Shown: positions 43,301 through 57,498, counted from the first letter of the stretch. The stretch: 64,000 bases of DNA from Phoronis australis (GCA_002633005.1 NMRA01000527.1:124001-188000), one strand, 5' to 3'. The notes: a model not told the origin generated them from the sequence alone. Program-made: numbers and translations.

Positions 43301-46300
43301 ACCATGTCAATACATTGAAGGTAGGATGTCCTTTCATTTGACTACACTCTATATCGCTGTCATAGTGTCTTCTTTATTTTTTTTTTCAAACAAGTTATGC
43401 TGTTGTAACCTTTTGTGCAAACGGGTTCTCTTTCAAAGTTTCTAAGCAGATTGACTTGGAAGTGTGTGAGCTTTCAACTTCACTGTTTGTTACATTTGTA
43501 CATTCATAAGTGTTCTCGTGTGTGGGTGTTTGGAAGGAATTCTTGAATCCTTGGTCAAACTTAGTCTTTGTAGTATGCACTCCCTGTGGTAACTCTGACA
43601 ACAGTGAAGAGCTCCAAGTTGTCCAGGCAGCTGTTGTATAAAACAACAGTCATGCATGAAAATTGCATGTCTTGGGGTTGCCGCAAGGAGCTCTTATTTC
43701 ACAAATGCACCATGCTGTGAGCAGATTTCTGTTTCCAAACTTTTCAGACCTTTTCTTTCTGCTCACCGTCTATCATGGTGAAAAATGTCCAAAATATGAC
43801 TGCATTTAGAACATTATGTCTTAGAAAAGGCTTATCAGATTGAAATGAAAGTTTCAGATACTGTGCTTTATGCTCAAGTCTCCGAATTGTATTAAATGTC
43901 TCTGTCAGTGTTTTTGCAATTTCACCTTGAACATTTATTTTTAAATATCAAACGAAATTTGTTTACGTTATCTTACCGTTGATATGAATAAACCTTTCTT
44001 TTTTACTAAATTTTACTAAGACGTGGTAAGATTACAGATTGGTAAAAATCCAAAATACCTTTCTTTTTTACTAAATTTTACTAAGACGTGGTAACATGAC
44101 AGAGTGGTAAAAATCCAAAATCAAAATTCTACAGGCTTTCGACTTTCTGACAGAATTTATTATACTTTTGCTGAGGTACATTGATAGTATACAGGCTTTC
44201 TACTTTCTGACAGAATTTATTATACTTTTGCTGAATGTGGTAAATACTTAGCTAGATACACGCACTTGTTGATGATGTCACGCATAACCTTGCATTATGG
44301 GACACGCGGTCGAGTTTTGTCTGTCTGTGTAATTTATGATTTCCATTGGTAGTCGACGGAACTGGAGGAGAAGTTCACGCGTGCTGAAACGGAAATAGCT
44401 GAGTTGAAGAATAAGATCGAGGACTTGGAGTACGAGTTTGAAAGCAGCCAGAACAAGGTGTTTAAGCTGGAGAAGCGCTGCATCGACCTGGTGCAACAGA
44501 TGCAGATGAGGAACGATGCACCAGCAGAGCCATCTGGTGAGACGCCCAATGTGTCTGTACCCAAATCACAGGTGTCCGACTCGTGGGTGAGTGTCTTAAA
44601 TAGACTGTTAGATCGTTTGCTCAAATCTGACAATAGATTTTGTCTGATCAACTGTTATAATCGCTTGTCCATTAACTTGAGGTCTGGGAAGAGTATATTT
44701 CATAACAACTGCAAAGATAGTCATTTTGGTAAATAACAGACCCCAATAGTTCGTGTCCATGATTTCTTTTTCTTTATGCGCCCAAATGTGCATTTATGTG
44801 GGTGCGTTTAGTTGTCATCTCTGTTTGGGTCTCCCGGTGTCAGGTGCTGATGATTTCAAGTTTTGTATCAATCTGACTATTACTGTGCCTCTTCCTGACA
44901 ATTTAAATGTTTACCATCCAGTATCTCGGATTTTCATGAAATTTTGGTAAAAACGTTTTTATGAAGGAGGATAGTGCACCTTCCCATTTTCAAACGAGCA
45001 TTCATTTATTCTGTGCAGCCTTATGGCCATTTTTATTATTTTTAGTCTGTTTTTAGCATCCTGTCTATCTGCCAAACTGATTGAAGAATAATTATTGGCT
45101 TATGTACTGAGAAGAGCAAGACTAACGTTGATTTTGGATGGCTCTGACTACTGTGGTGCCCCCTAGTGACATTTTTGCATCTACAGCCTTTGTAGGTTCC
45201 TTGTGATATTTGGTGTGTATTCCAGTGAACATGACAATGTATGACAACTTCACAACTTCATTTGAACGCATCTGCCTACCCCTTTGTACAGACTACACCC
45301 CCTCTGTGATAGTTACAGTTGTGGCTACAATTTGGAATATTCTTCTGTTTATTCTGTGTCTGATGTCAGCTGACAGCTGCTTGTTAGATGTTATCGTACT
45401 GAGGTGACCATAAAAGTGGGGAATTGGTGGGATTCAATTATGATCCCAGTACAAATTTAATGTACTTATACGTTTATGAAGCACTGTGGCTTTTAATTAC
45501 TATGCAATTGCTTTCGACCCTTCGTAAATACTAACCTCATAAGAAGACTCGTTGAAATATGTTGTGGCAATTTCAGTCACAAAAGGCCAAAGAATAATTC
45601 TTCTGCACTATTCAAGATAAATACAGGCGCCTCTAAGTGGCCTTGCTTTTTCATTCGCAGCTGCGTGAAAACCTGACGGAACTTGAGGAAGTGCGTGAAC
45701 TGGCAGCCAATAGGCTGCAAGAGTTGGAGGAACTGCAGTCAAAACACCAAGATACAGTGAGGGAACTAGAGCAAGTCAGGATGGATGTGAGTTGATTGGT
45801 CATTGTCATCAATCGTTCATGTACTTTACTTCATGAAATGTTCAAAGAGGTAATAGTCTGATATAACGTTTCTGCATTTTGAGAAACAGTTTTCTCCACT
45901 GAAGAAGGGGCATCAAGTGCTTCTCAAAATGTGGGCACGTTATATCAGACTATTGCCTTAACTCATTCGACCCTGAGCACCATATGGAATAAATTGCTTA
46001 GTGGCCTGGCTGAGCTGTGGAATGTCTACCCCCTTGAAGTCGGAGGGTATTTCACTCAGAACTAGGTCACAAGCACTGCACATGATTAAAACCTCATCAC
46101 TCAGCCATTAGTGAACATATACTTACCAAATTTTCAGCAATACATCTTGAGTAAATGAGCTTCATTTTGAAATAAAATTTATCCAAGTTCAATATCGATA
46201 AAGGGTTGAACAAGTAGTTTTACTTTTTGTTTTCCAGAAACAAAGACGTTTGTTTACAAATAATCCATTTGAATTTCCAGAAAACATGTCAAGAAAGTTT

Positions 46301-49300
46301 TCTGTGTAGCATATCCTCATCATAAACTAGATCACTGAAATCTGTATCTAAATCTGACCACTCAGTGCCATCAGTATCCACACTATCATATCCATAATCA
46401 CTGAAGTCTATATCTAAATGTGACCAGTGTCATCAGTATCCACACTATCCTCCATAATAAAAACTTCAAGAACTGTGAGAGAGCAGCANCTGATGTCAGC
46501 AGACAGCTGCTTGTTAGATGTTAGGGTACTGAGGTGACGATAAAAGCGGGGAATTGGTGGGATTCAATTATGATCCCAGTACAAATTTAATGTACTTATA
46601 TGTTTATGAAGCACTATGCCTTTTAACTGCTATGCAATTGCTTTCGACCCATAGCAACTACTAACCTAATGATTCCTCTGCACTATTCAGGATAAATACG
46701 GGCGCCCCTAAGTGGCCTTGCTTTTTCATTCGCAGCTGCGTGAAAATCTGACAGAACTTGAGGAAGTGCGTGAACTGGCAGCCAACAGGCTGCAAGAGTT
46801 GGAGGAACTGCAGTCGAAACACCAGGATACAGTGAGGGAACTAGAGCAAGTCAGGATGGATGTGAGTTGAGTGGTCGTTGTCATCAATCGTTCATGTACT
46901 TTAGGTCATGAAATGTTCAAAGAGGTAATAGTCTGATATAACATTTCTGCATTTTGAGAAACAGTTTTCTCCACTGAAGAAGGGGCATCAAGTGCTTCTC
47001 AAAATGCGGGCGCGTTATATCAGACTACTGCCTTAAGGAGCCAAGGTTGCATTTTGTGGCCTCAATTCATTCCGTGGTGTAGCAAGTCACAATAAACCTA
47101 TTCCAAATGTATAAGAAAGTTGCAAGACTAAGTATGACGGGAAAGGCTTACTTGCCAAGTGTAAAGAGCCACGTGATTAAGGTCAGCTGTACTCTGTGCA
47201 TCTTCCCATAATTTTTACTGTGCAATTGACCTATCGCATGCTCTGCCTCTTTGCGAAAAGTCAAGTGACACCCGACAAACAAACAAGATGTCAGAGGCAA
47301 ATACACTGTGGCTAAACGACGATCCTGGTGGAATCGATGAGTGTTTTTTGCACTAACCGAAAATGCTTCGTCAAAGACAACAGCTCATGCTTTTCAGCAA
47401 AGAATCGTACGTTCATGACGTGGGAATTTGTAAAGGCGACGATGAAAAAATAATAAGTGTTCGAAGAAAAGTATTTCGGAGATATTTAAAATCTGAAGAA
47501 CCCCACATGGGGTTCACCTGACAAATGACAAGGCCTTTGATGTGATATGTTCATATAAATCTTGGTTTGTAGCTTAAAAGTGGAATTACCTGTACTATAC
47601 CATAAATTTCAGGATCGTTTGAGCAAAATCAGTGAAGATTCACCGGTATTTTTATTCTGCCGTCTGCTAAATTCCCAAATAAAAGTAAGTCACAACTGGT
47701 GGAACTCCCCGAGTAAAATAGGTCAAGTCGATAGCACTGTTTACACTTTTCTAATTTTCGAACGAAATATTTTGATGAAAATAAGTCGGGTTCATAGGTC
47801 AAGTACACAATCATCTTAAGCAGTTAGCTCCAGTTCTCGTCCTCTGTACTGCACAATTAATAGGTGATAGTTTATCAGTGTATCTTCTCATGTTCCCTCT
47901 ACAGTTGAAGACCCTGCCAGAGTCAGTGATTGTTGAGACTACAGAGTACAAGTGTCTTCAGTCCCAGTTTTCTGTGCTCTATAATGAATGCATGCAGATC
48001 AAGACACAGTTGGAAGAGAACCGTCAGTTACTTCAGACTAGCAAGAACACTCACCTGCGCCAGATTGAACAGATGGAGGTGAACGGATTGACTTTCTTTT
48101 CCTCGCTAGAAATCTTAACTTTAGACTTCAGTTGGACGTTGATACAAAAATTTCTGTTCTTTTTTAGCATGAACTGTACACGAGTGTGATTTAGTACGTA
48201 GGTGCAGTTTGATGTGGGGATAGCATTTTGAAGTTGAACAGAATTGGCTCAAAATCAGTTGGAGATTGAGCTGAGGGATTGAATTTCAGGACTTGGTTTG
48301 ATATATAACTAATAGTTCTTAGGCAGAAATTTTTTGTTGTTAGTTGAGGATGAATTCAAAACTTGAACTGCCGTTGATTTGTTTTAAATAAACTTTCAAG
48401 TGTCTTGCTATGTGATTGATCAATTTTTCGAGTGAAGTCTCAAGTGAAGTTTAATTGTCCCCCAAGTGTAAAACAGAATGCAAACAGTGTCCACAATTGT
48501 GTGAATCTATTATTCACGTGTTTACCTGGATAATTATCAATATAGTGGGACCATCAATTTCTCATTTTCATGAATTGTATACCTGTTGCATTCATTTGCC
48601 ATTGGATCCTTTTTTTGTGTAATCAAAATGCTGCTTAGCCACATCTTGTCAGTGTTCATAATGGCTATTTGTATTTTTTAGAAATTTTTGTTTTGTTGGA
48701 TAATTCGTATTAAACCAAACATTCAATCTTTCAAATAAAGTGCGGCATGGATGTTACTGCCCTTTCGAAGAGCCAGTATGGTTTAGTGTGATAGGTGCCC
48801 GGTTTCTTTACTCAAGGTCGCGGGTTCGAGTCCCACTGACTCACCCTACTAAACCCTTGCATCAGGTTTGCAGCTCCTCAGCTCAGTTTTATCTGGTATA
48901 TATCAACAAAGCATAAATATAGTTCTAGGTGATAAGTGCAATGGGCTCACCTGAGCGGCTTTCACATTTCTGGTACAACATGTATCAGGTTGCCTGCAAT
49001 TACTTTTTTATACTGCTTTTTTTTCCCTTTTAACACCGTGCATTCATTTGTAGAGTGATGAGTTAGCCTGCCAGAAGAATCTACGGGCGGAGGTGATCAA
49101 CTTAGAAGACACACTTGCTCAATGTCGGAAGGAGTACGAGATGTTGCGAATAGAGTTTGAACAGACACTGGCTGCTAACGAGCAGACAGGTAAGTAAATA
49201 ACTAGTTGGTTGTTTATGAATTGAGTAGTAGTAGCCAGATGGCAAAAGGAGTGATAGCAAAACTGTTGGAGCAATTTATTTTGAGGTCATGTTCTCTGTA

Positions 49301-52300
49301 AAGAGCATTTTCATTTGTTGGAATTTAGTTGAAAGATGAGCAACAGACAAAATTTTTATGTTCACAGGTTGTTTTTTTGGTATGCATATAATAGTGTACG
49401 TAGTAGAATGGGTATGATGATCATTCCTTTTGTCAAATGTTCAGTTACTAAGCAACAATATTATTGTGATAATTTTCACCCTCCTCTCTTTCACGCAAGA
49501 TTTAAGTATCTCGCTACAAATGATAGAAGTAGGACCAAGTGTTATTTTATGGGAGTTATACAGTACAAAATGGACAAATGGTGGAGTTGAATGGTCTTGG
49601 TGTCTGTTCTTATTCACGAATTCGATTGTCTACAATGGATCAAAAAACGGACAATCGCTGCACAAATGAAAAAGTTCATATTGATTCAACGTTTCGCCTA
49701 TTCATTGAACATTATCAGGCTATAAGCAATAAGACATCAAGTGTCTACAATGGTTTGCCAAAATCCACCATTGTGTTGGTTTCACCAGGTCCCATCAACC
49801 GGGAGATGCGCAACCTCATTACCAGCTTACAGAACCATAACCACCAGCTGAAAGTGGAGATAGCACGCTACAAGAAGAAAATAAAAGAACTCAATAACGA
49901 GCTGTCTAAGGTACTTTAGTTAAGTTTTGTCAGCAGTCTCATTTTTTTTTTTGCTGGTGTGGGTATCTGATTGCATGAATGTCAAGTTTTTTAGTCATTA
50001 GTTTTGGCTGCCATCTTGCGAATGGTTGTTGAGCATGCTACTGTTTGTGAGTAAATGTTTATTTTTAAATTTTAATTTTTTATCAGTGGTTATTATTATA
50101 AAAATTATATTTTTACAATTTTTGAGAACAACTGTCATGGACATCAAAATGTCCAATAGGGTTTCAAAGTCTGGAGATGTTCGTGGCACAAAGTCAATTG
50201 TTTCATAATTGTAAGTTGTATTGTCACGACTATTTTTATAACTTCTGTTTGCATATCAGCTGATTTTGTCTTGTGTGTGTGTCTAGAATTTTATTTTTAT
50301 GAGTTTTGTTATTATTTCTTAACATGTAATGTAGACATTACCAGCAACACCTCCCCTGTCCATTGTCATGTGTCATGAGCCAACATTCTGTATTCAGTGA
50401 TACCTGTCATAATCACCAATCTCCTCGTTTGTTACCACTATAACGAACAATGGATAGATCCGACAAATGCAGTTAACCCATGCCACAAGCGCAAAGCCAA
50501 AGTCCTTTACTACAGCAACACATTTTCTACAGGGTGTTTTTGTTCATATTTGACTAAAACTGCTGCCATAAAGAGCTACATTATCAAACTGGATCTTATG
50601 GAACTAGTCAAACTGTTGCATGCAGTGATATATCTACAAATTTAAGCCTTTGAGCCCATTCATAGATTACTCTAGCCTGTTGACAGGTCAGCCATCATTT
50701 ACAATCACATGGCTGTCTGATCGATTCAAACAGGCACTGTAGGTACAGTAGTTGGTTCCCATTATACTATTATGCTTAGTGACAACTAAGTTATTTCAGA
50801 GCATTAAATTAGTGGGAAAAACTTCCACGCAGTTTGACCTGGCTTTGTCCTCTGGTGGTCTAATGTTATTTGTCTTGGTTGACATTTCCGTAAGTCACGC
50901 TGCAATATGCATTTATAGTTTCAGGTAAATTTTGTTTATTTCACATTACATAATATTATGTTAGTGGGTTTCTTTCACTTTTCGCTTATTTATGCGTGGA
51001 TACTCGATAATAGTCTTGGATTTATCAAGACTTATACCCACCTGATCATAATAGTCTTGGGTTTATCAAGACTTATACACACCAATCATAAAGTCTACCG
51101 CATGCTTTAATCACCAACGTGCATTTTTAAATTTTCGTTCTCTCTTTATCGTTTATCTGCACTGTAAGTGTCCCAGGTGCTTCTGTTCAATGTTTGTGGG
51201 AGTAAGATGGTGGGCTATCATTGTGTTTAGTGTTCTCGCGACCTGATTAGCTGGAATTATTGGCTGGATTGATGCGTCGGAACTACCCACTGTTCGTTGT
51301 CATCCGACACGAATCCTCCACCTTGTCCGTTGACATTCTATTGAACCTTGTTGTGTGTTTTAGTTGAAAGCAGAAAAAGTTGCCGCTGCTTTACAAATGT
51401 CTAGCTCGAGCACAGCACCGGTAAATGTTGGTATAAATAGTGTAAACTAACACATACTTACCTGATAGTTTTATGTGTGTAGTTGTTTGAACTAAAACTT
51501 GTCAGCCCAGTACTACTGTGTGTTCATCATTCTAGTGACTGTAGTAACAGTATAAGTTGTCTTGTTTTTGACGCGTACTAACACTTAATAGTCTTTCCAT
51601 TTTATGATGTTTAGTATTTCACCTTTTTTCTAATCTTGGTAACAATTTGGTGTGTTATGTTTTAAATAGGCGTTGCTGCCTCAGTTACAATAATTGGTGT
51701 GTATCAACAGCAATTTTTTATTTGGCTATCTTGTGTTGTTCTAATATATGATAGTCTTTATTTTAAGTCCATCGGCCCACAGTATAATAAAGTTTTCAGT
51801 TATCAAGTGATGCTAATAATGATTCTCTTAATTTGAGTGAGTTGTTCGCAAGGTTTAAGACTTCCTGTTGCGCAGTAATTTTCATCAAAAGTGTTAACTT
51901 ATACAAATTTGGCTCATACTAATACCATTTCTTCAGGAAGCACCTTCTTATGTTCTTATAACTACAAACAAGATGCAATGCATTTATGTGTGACTTTAGT
52001 TATATGATAGTAATATTAATAACAATAACGATAATGATAATAATGATAATAATAGTCTGTTAGCCATTTACTTAATGAATAAATTGTGATTCTTAATCAA
52101 AATGTCATCATCTTGGATCTACCCAATTTCATTCTTGTAAATGTTTTGACAGCAATTTCGTATGAATTGAGAAACAACAGCTGGGCAATTTTGATAATAT
52201 TTTTTATCTTTCATTCTATTACAGCTTAAAAGTGAAGGCAAAGAATCCGTGGAGAGCCAGCCTGAGGAAGTCAAGCCTGTAGTAGAGGTCAAGGAGGCGG

Positions 52301-55300
52301 AGTCTCCTGTAGAGGTCATACCAGACGAGCCAATCATCATCAAGGATGATGACGAGGAACCTGAGGTTGAGAAGAGCAAGCCAGAGCCAGAGGTCATCAA
52401 GGATCTGAGGGCTCAACTGAAGTACGTAGTCTTAATATTCAAATGGATTTTGTTGGTCATTCACAACCCAAGGTCAGAACTCTGGTTGGACATCATGTCT
52501 ACTTGAGTGGCAGGCATCCTTTGACTAATGTTGAAACATTCTGCAATTGTTAGGCATGTTCAATGCCTTAATTTTTTTTTAAATTGCAAATTTAAGAAAG
52601 TAATTGGGCTGCTGAACAAAAACGTAGAATTAGACATTATCAAGTTTCTTGTGGTTACTTCTAAAAAGCTTACTAAAATTTTTCATTTAATACACCTATA
52701 AAACAACTGGTCGCATATAGTTAGGATTCCCTTTGCTTTTTTGTGAATTTTCTCAAAAATTACTTGAATTTAGCACAGAGATGAGTGGTTGGGATGCGTC
52801 GGCACAAGTTTATTTTCGGCTACAGTCATGGCATCCCGGTTTGTCTGGTCATTTTGATTTCTGTGTTAATTTTTTGGCAGATGACTGAATGAATTTTACC
52901 AAAACTTGACGCTGTGATATGTGGTGGGAATGTTCAAGCACTGGTCAATTTTTGGGAAGTTTTGACTTGCTTGGCCCCATGTTGGTGGTTTTAGTTTTCG
53001 ACAAGAAATTCCTTGTGCGTGAGTTTTTTGCTAAACAATGAATTTTTCTGAAGCTTGATGAACTTAGAGGTATTTAGTGGCAAGGCACCAGGGTTTGCAC
53101 ATGCTGGAAGCCTTACCTACGCTTACGCTGGGACAGATTAGATGAACTGTTGGCCTGTTTTTGACATGATATTGCTTGTCCATTGATAATTGTGGCAATG
53201 TCTTGACAGATTTTTGATAGACCTTGATAGACAGGTGTATGGCTGTAATGTATCAGCGCTAGTTGATTTTCAGCTTTGACAAAATTAGTCTAATTACTTA
53301 TTTTACAAGATGTCACCAGCATTTTTAAATTTGTAGATAAGGCCATGGGTGTGTATTCGGAAAATGAAAATTTTCAGGCGTTTTTGTAACACGTAAAAAA
53401 TGCCCGGCCGTCTCTTCGAAAATGGTGGGCGTGTAAACGGAAAGTCGTAGTTTTGCTGACTTGAAACTGTGTTTTTTAATTTCATGTTTAACTTGATAAA
53501 TGTATAGTTCGTCACTACCGTGTTCATTTTCATTAATGATAAATACAGTCTCCACAATGCTGAATTTGTGACAAAAAGTTGACACTGAGTGGACTTTTAA
53601 GAGGAATTTTTCGGGATAAACGCCCCTTTAGCTGGACACTTGACACCATAAGGTATAACACCAATTATTTTCTGAATAATCGCCCATGGGCGTTTCATTG
53701 GGTGGGCTTATCTATAGGAAATCCCTGTAGTAAATACCACTAGAAGCATACCGTTTGCAGTGTACTTGTAGGTGTATCTCGACGCTTTACATTGCTTATG
53801 TTGTGTGCTATGATACAATTGTTATTTACTTGATATCTCATCCAATCTCTGCTGCACAGGAAAGCCAATGACAGTCAGAAGGAGTTGAAACTGTTGTTGG
53901 ACATGTACAAGAGCGCACCCAAGGAACAGAAGGATAAGGTGAAACTGATGTGTGAAGAGAAGAAGGCCAAGCAAGAGATAGACGAGTTGAAGGGTCACAT
54001 CCGGCGCATGCAGGAGGCGCAGAGGAAGGAGAGGCGCAAGCTAGCCGACGACGACGCTATCAAGAAGATCCGCAAACTGGAGGAACAAGTGGCTGAGCTA
54101 CAGAAACAGTTGGCGGCACAAAAACAGGTNGACGCTATCAAGAAGATCCGCAAGCTGGAGGAACAAGTGGCTGAGCTACAGAAACAGTTGGCGGCACAAA
54201 AACAGGTGAGATGGGAAGGCACGTGAGGGTGTGTGAGTGTGGAGGGGTGGTATTTGGAGAAGCAGACGGATGGGGAGGCATGTGGCTGTAACAGCTGAGT
54301 GCAGAGCTGTAGCAGCAGCAGACGGAAGTCCAGAAGCAGACGGGATAAGGGAACACCTGGGAGTGGTATGTAACTGAGTGGTGGTGAGCTGGGGGCCACC
54401 TAACAGTTGTGGTGGCAGAATGCATGTGGGCGAAGTGGGGGCGTTCACCTACTGTAGAAAGAAGTCGGTTATCCGTATAGGTGAATAGAAAATGGAAATG
54501 TGGAGCATATTGCAATAAGGAAAATGAGTGGAAGTGTTCCCACTAAAAATCATATTTTTGTGATAGCACTATTTTTGTTTAGAACTTGTTTATGATATTG
54601 TGGATCAGGAGGAAGAGGCCTTACTGAACGAGATGGAAGTGACGGGTCAGGCCTTTGAAGACATGCAAGAACAGAATGTCAGGCTGATACAGCAGCTTAG
54701 AGAGAAGGACGACGCCAACTTCAAGCTGATGTCTGAAGTGAGTTACAGCGTTCTAAGGAGACAACTCGAGGTTTTTTCCATTTTAGAGTGATCGCATTCT
54801 TGAGGTAGATTCATCTTTACTGGATTGTTGTGCGGGAGATATTACCCCGTGTCAAAGTAAACAGTATGGGTAAACTGTTCTGGGGTTAAATTTTCAGAAA
54901 GGGGTTAGCCTATGGGTTGTTCTGGGAAACAATAGTAAAAAAGCAAAATTAATGAAATTGATAGTAATTCTAGGTATTAGTGTCTCATTTTCACAGAATA
55001 TACTTCACAAACGTGTATTGCAAAGAGTGAATTGTCTCAGCTATTTTTCATGGAATATTTTCATTTGTGAAATTCCTGAAACCACCTAAAGTTGGTGAGT
55101 TTTATGACTGTGACTACCTATGTTTTGAATTTTCCACCTGATAATCGCCGTAGTAATCGCCGTCCAAAATATTGAGGAGAATCTAATAGTGCAAACAGAC
55201 CAGTTAATATTCTTTGTTAACTGGACAATTGTGTCAATGTGTTGTTTAGCGCATCAAGTCAAATCAGATCCAGAAACTGTTGAAGGAAGAGAAGGACATC

Positions 55301-57498
55301 CTAGAAGAGCAGGTGACCACTGTCCATTCTCAGGTAGAGGCACAGAATGTGGTGGTCAGGAAGTTGGAGGAGAAGGAACGGGTGCTGCAGAATAACCTGG
55401 CTACGGTGGAAAAGGAGCTCAGGTCAGTGGGTGTACTGGCTGTGAGCTCAGTGGGTGCTGTTTGAAGAAGGTTCGATCGGTGCACTTAGAGGGAGTTCAT
55501 TTGGTGCAGTTGAAGGAAAGGCAGGGAAACCTGTTTTAGCCAAGTCATTCAACGAAGGTTTAGCTTTACATCATGTTTGAATAATCCTATTGATTGCAAT
55601 TTTAGCTGGGTTGTTGAGGTGGGTTTGAGTAAACCATAAACGGGTAGTTTGGGTTGATATTAGGTATAGTTAGTGACAGCAGTGAGAGAAATGGTAAATA
55701 AGGTAATACTTATGTTTACATGATTCTGATCAAAATATGTGAAAATGTATGATTAGTCCAAATTGCTGTAAGTAAAAGAAAAGGCAGGTTGTTTTCATAT
55801 CCTTGAGATAAATAGAATTTGGGAAAATTATCCATGTTTATTGCTTTTTTGCAAGTGCACACTGTTTTTTGAAGTATGAGCTCCAGAAATTTTGTATTAT
55901 ATGCACCTTCTCATTCAGTCCGTTGCTCATTGTTGTACATGCAGTTGTCAAACATTTACTATGGTATTATATGCAGGTTCTCATTCACTCTGTTGCTCAC
56001 TGTCGTACATGCAGTTTGTCAAACATTTACTATCTAATGGTATTATATGCAGGTTCTCATTCACTCTGTTGCTCTCTGTCATACATGCAGTTGTCAAACA
56101 TTTACTATGGTATTATATGCAGGTTCCCATTCACTCTGTTGCTCACTGTCGTACATGCAGTTTGTCAAACATTTACTATGGTATTATATGCAGGTTCTCA
56201 TTCACTCTGTTGCTCTCTGTCATACATGCAGTTTGTCAAACATTTACTATGGTATTATATGCAGGTTCCCATTCACTCTGTTGCTCACTGTCGTATATGT
56301 AGTTGTCAAACATAATGGTATTATTCGAGTGAGTGATAAATGAATATGTTAAAGCATTAATTTGTAATTCTCATTTATTGTTCTGTTCAGCCTTCGGCAA
56401 CAAGCCATGGAGATGCACAAGCGGAAGGCTATAGAGTCAGCACAGACGGCCGCTGATCTAAAACTGCACCTTGACAAGTACACGTCACAGCTTCGAGAGG
56501 CTCAGACTGCCCTCTGTGAGAAAGTAGCAACATTAGAGAGAGAACTTTACAAGTCCAAAAGAGTTAATGTGAGTTATGGTAACTGGCTTACTTTAATACA
56601 TGAGTATGTAAATGACACTTTTTTTCCGCGGAAATTATTGCATTTCTTTGTCTAGTAGGTTTGCATTGTCTCTTGGCTATGAAATCACTGTTCGAAATTG
56701 ACATACCAGCAATCATATGTTATTCTCTTCTGTCATAATTGCTGTTTGGTTAGTTTAGGAATGAGCCACTACGACTGTGAAGTGTAAAAATCGAATGCTG
56801 GTGATTTGTTGCATTTTACGCAGATAGAATAGATGGAAATTATCTCATTTTTGATAAGCTCCTGAAAAATGTTTGTATTAAAAAACAGTCCGTGGTATTT
56901 AATGCTTTGAAGGAGGCAACTGACATATTGCAGTCTTTTGTCACATTTCATGCTCTAGCAAGTGGTGTTCTGTTTCTTTCAGGAAGAACTTGCTAGCTTG
57001 CGTAAAAAATTAGAACGTCACAAGAAAATAGAGATGGCAGAGACAGCAGACGAAGTGTTGATGGAGGAACTCCGGGAATACAAGGTGAGGTTGTCACTCT
57101 CAGTTATGCAGTAAATAAGTATTGGACCACTCCCTAAGTGATCATACAATCCTCACCTGGATTGTAGTTTGCTCTTTTGCAGAGATGGCGAAACACACTG
57201 TATGTTTGAGTTTTGCCGGAAATGCAGTTGGTGATACATTGTCCATTGAGGAATGTTTGTCTGGCTTATCACATCGCCCTGTGCCACCTAGTTTGCAACT
57301 GTCTGTCTTTTCGTCTTCCAGGAACAATTGACGTGTCCGTCGTGTAAGGTGAAGAGGAAGGATGCTGTACTCACCAAGTGTTTCCATGTATTCTGCTTGG
57401 AGTGTCTCAAGACACGTTATGAGACTCGCCAGCGCAAGTGTCCAAAGTGTAATGCAGCCTTCGGTGCTAACGATTTCCACCGCATCTACATCGGATAG
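40140..57498 (+). CDS. BRE1: E3 ubiquitin ligase BRE1 (RNF20/RNF40 ortholog), 18 coding exons, ~945 aa
   Basis: Exons: 40140-40253 (duplicate 39019-39132), 40674-40841, 41145-41211, 42613-42807, 43100-43320, 44353-44586, 45661-45786 (duplicate 46736-46861), 47905-48078, 49054-49189, 49789-49910, 51364-51420, 52225-52421, 53860-54127, 54609-54737, 55250-55422, 56391-56568, 56983-57084, 57322-57498. Motifs [29 protein letters not shown] and [23 protein letters not shown], plus the C-terminal [44 protein letters not shown]. Confidence 0.96.
42080..42184. repeat. Near-perfect ~105-bp hairpin (MITE-like)
   Basis: CCCCATATTCTAGAGCC..GTGGATTTTGGAGAATTAT pairs with ATAATTCTCCAAAATCCAC..GGCTCTAGATATGGGG. 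Confidence 0.75.
45360..47036. repeat. ~0.6-kb duplication including a BRE1 exon, next to an N join
   Basis: 45360-45961 matches 46490-47036, with N at 46489. Confidence 0.88.
45849..45957. mobile_element. ~110-bp palindromic MITE family member
   Basis: GGTAATAGTCTGATATAACG...TTTTGAGAA...TTCTCAAAAT...CGTTATATCAGACTATTGCC. Related copies lie at ~30321-30410, ~32990-33100, ~37475-37530 (partial) and 46924-47032. Confidence 0.7.
48770..48843 (+). mobile_element. tRNA-derived SINE head / pseudo-tRNA
   Basis: Acceptor-like GAGCCAG...CTGACTC, A-box-like TGGTTTAGTGTG and B box GGTTCGAGTCC. The anticodon arm does not pair. Confidence 0.55.
54053..54207. repeat. 77-bp exon-end duplication across an N join
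   Basis: 54053-54129 matches 54131-54207 with one synonymous difference (AAA/AAG); N at 54130. Confidence 0.9.
55896..56325. repeat. ~70-71-bp minisatellite, ~6 copies (BRE1 intron)
   Basis: Unit TATTATATGCAGGTTCTCATTCACTCTGTTGCTCACTGTCGTACATGCAGTTTGTCAAACATTTACTATGG. Confidence 0.95.

Noticed and set aside
48770-48843. Functional tRNA gene
   Set aside because: Mismatched acceptor and T stems and an unpaired anticodon arm. Treated as a SINE head or pseudo-tRNA.
53995-54515. Stacked minus-strand ORFs as an antisense gene
   Set aside because: Shadow frames of a coiled-coil exon and a G-rich, stop-poor intron, with no recognisable product.
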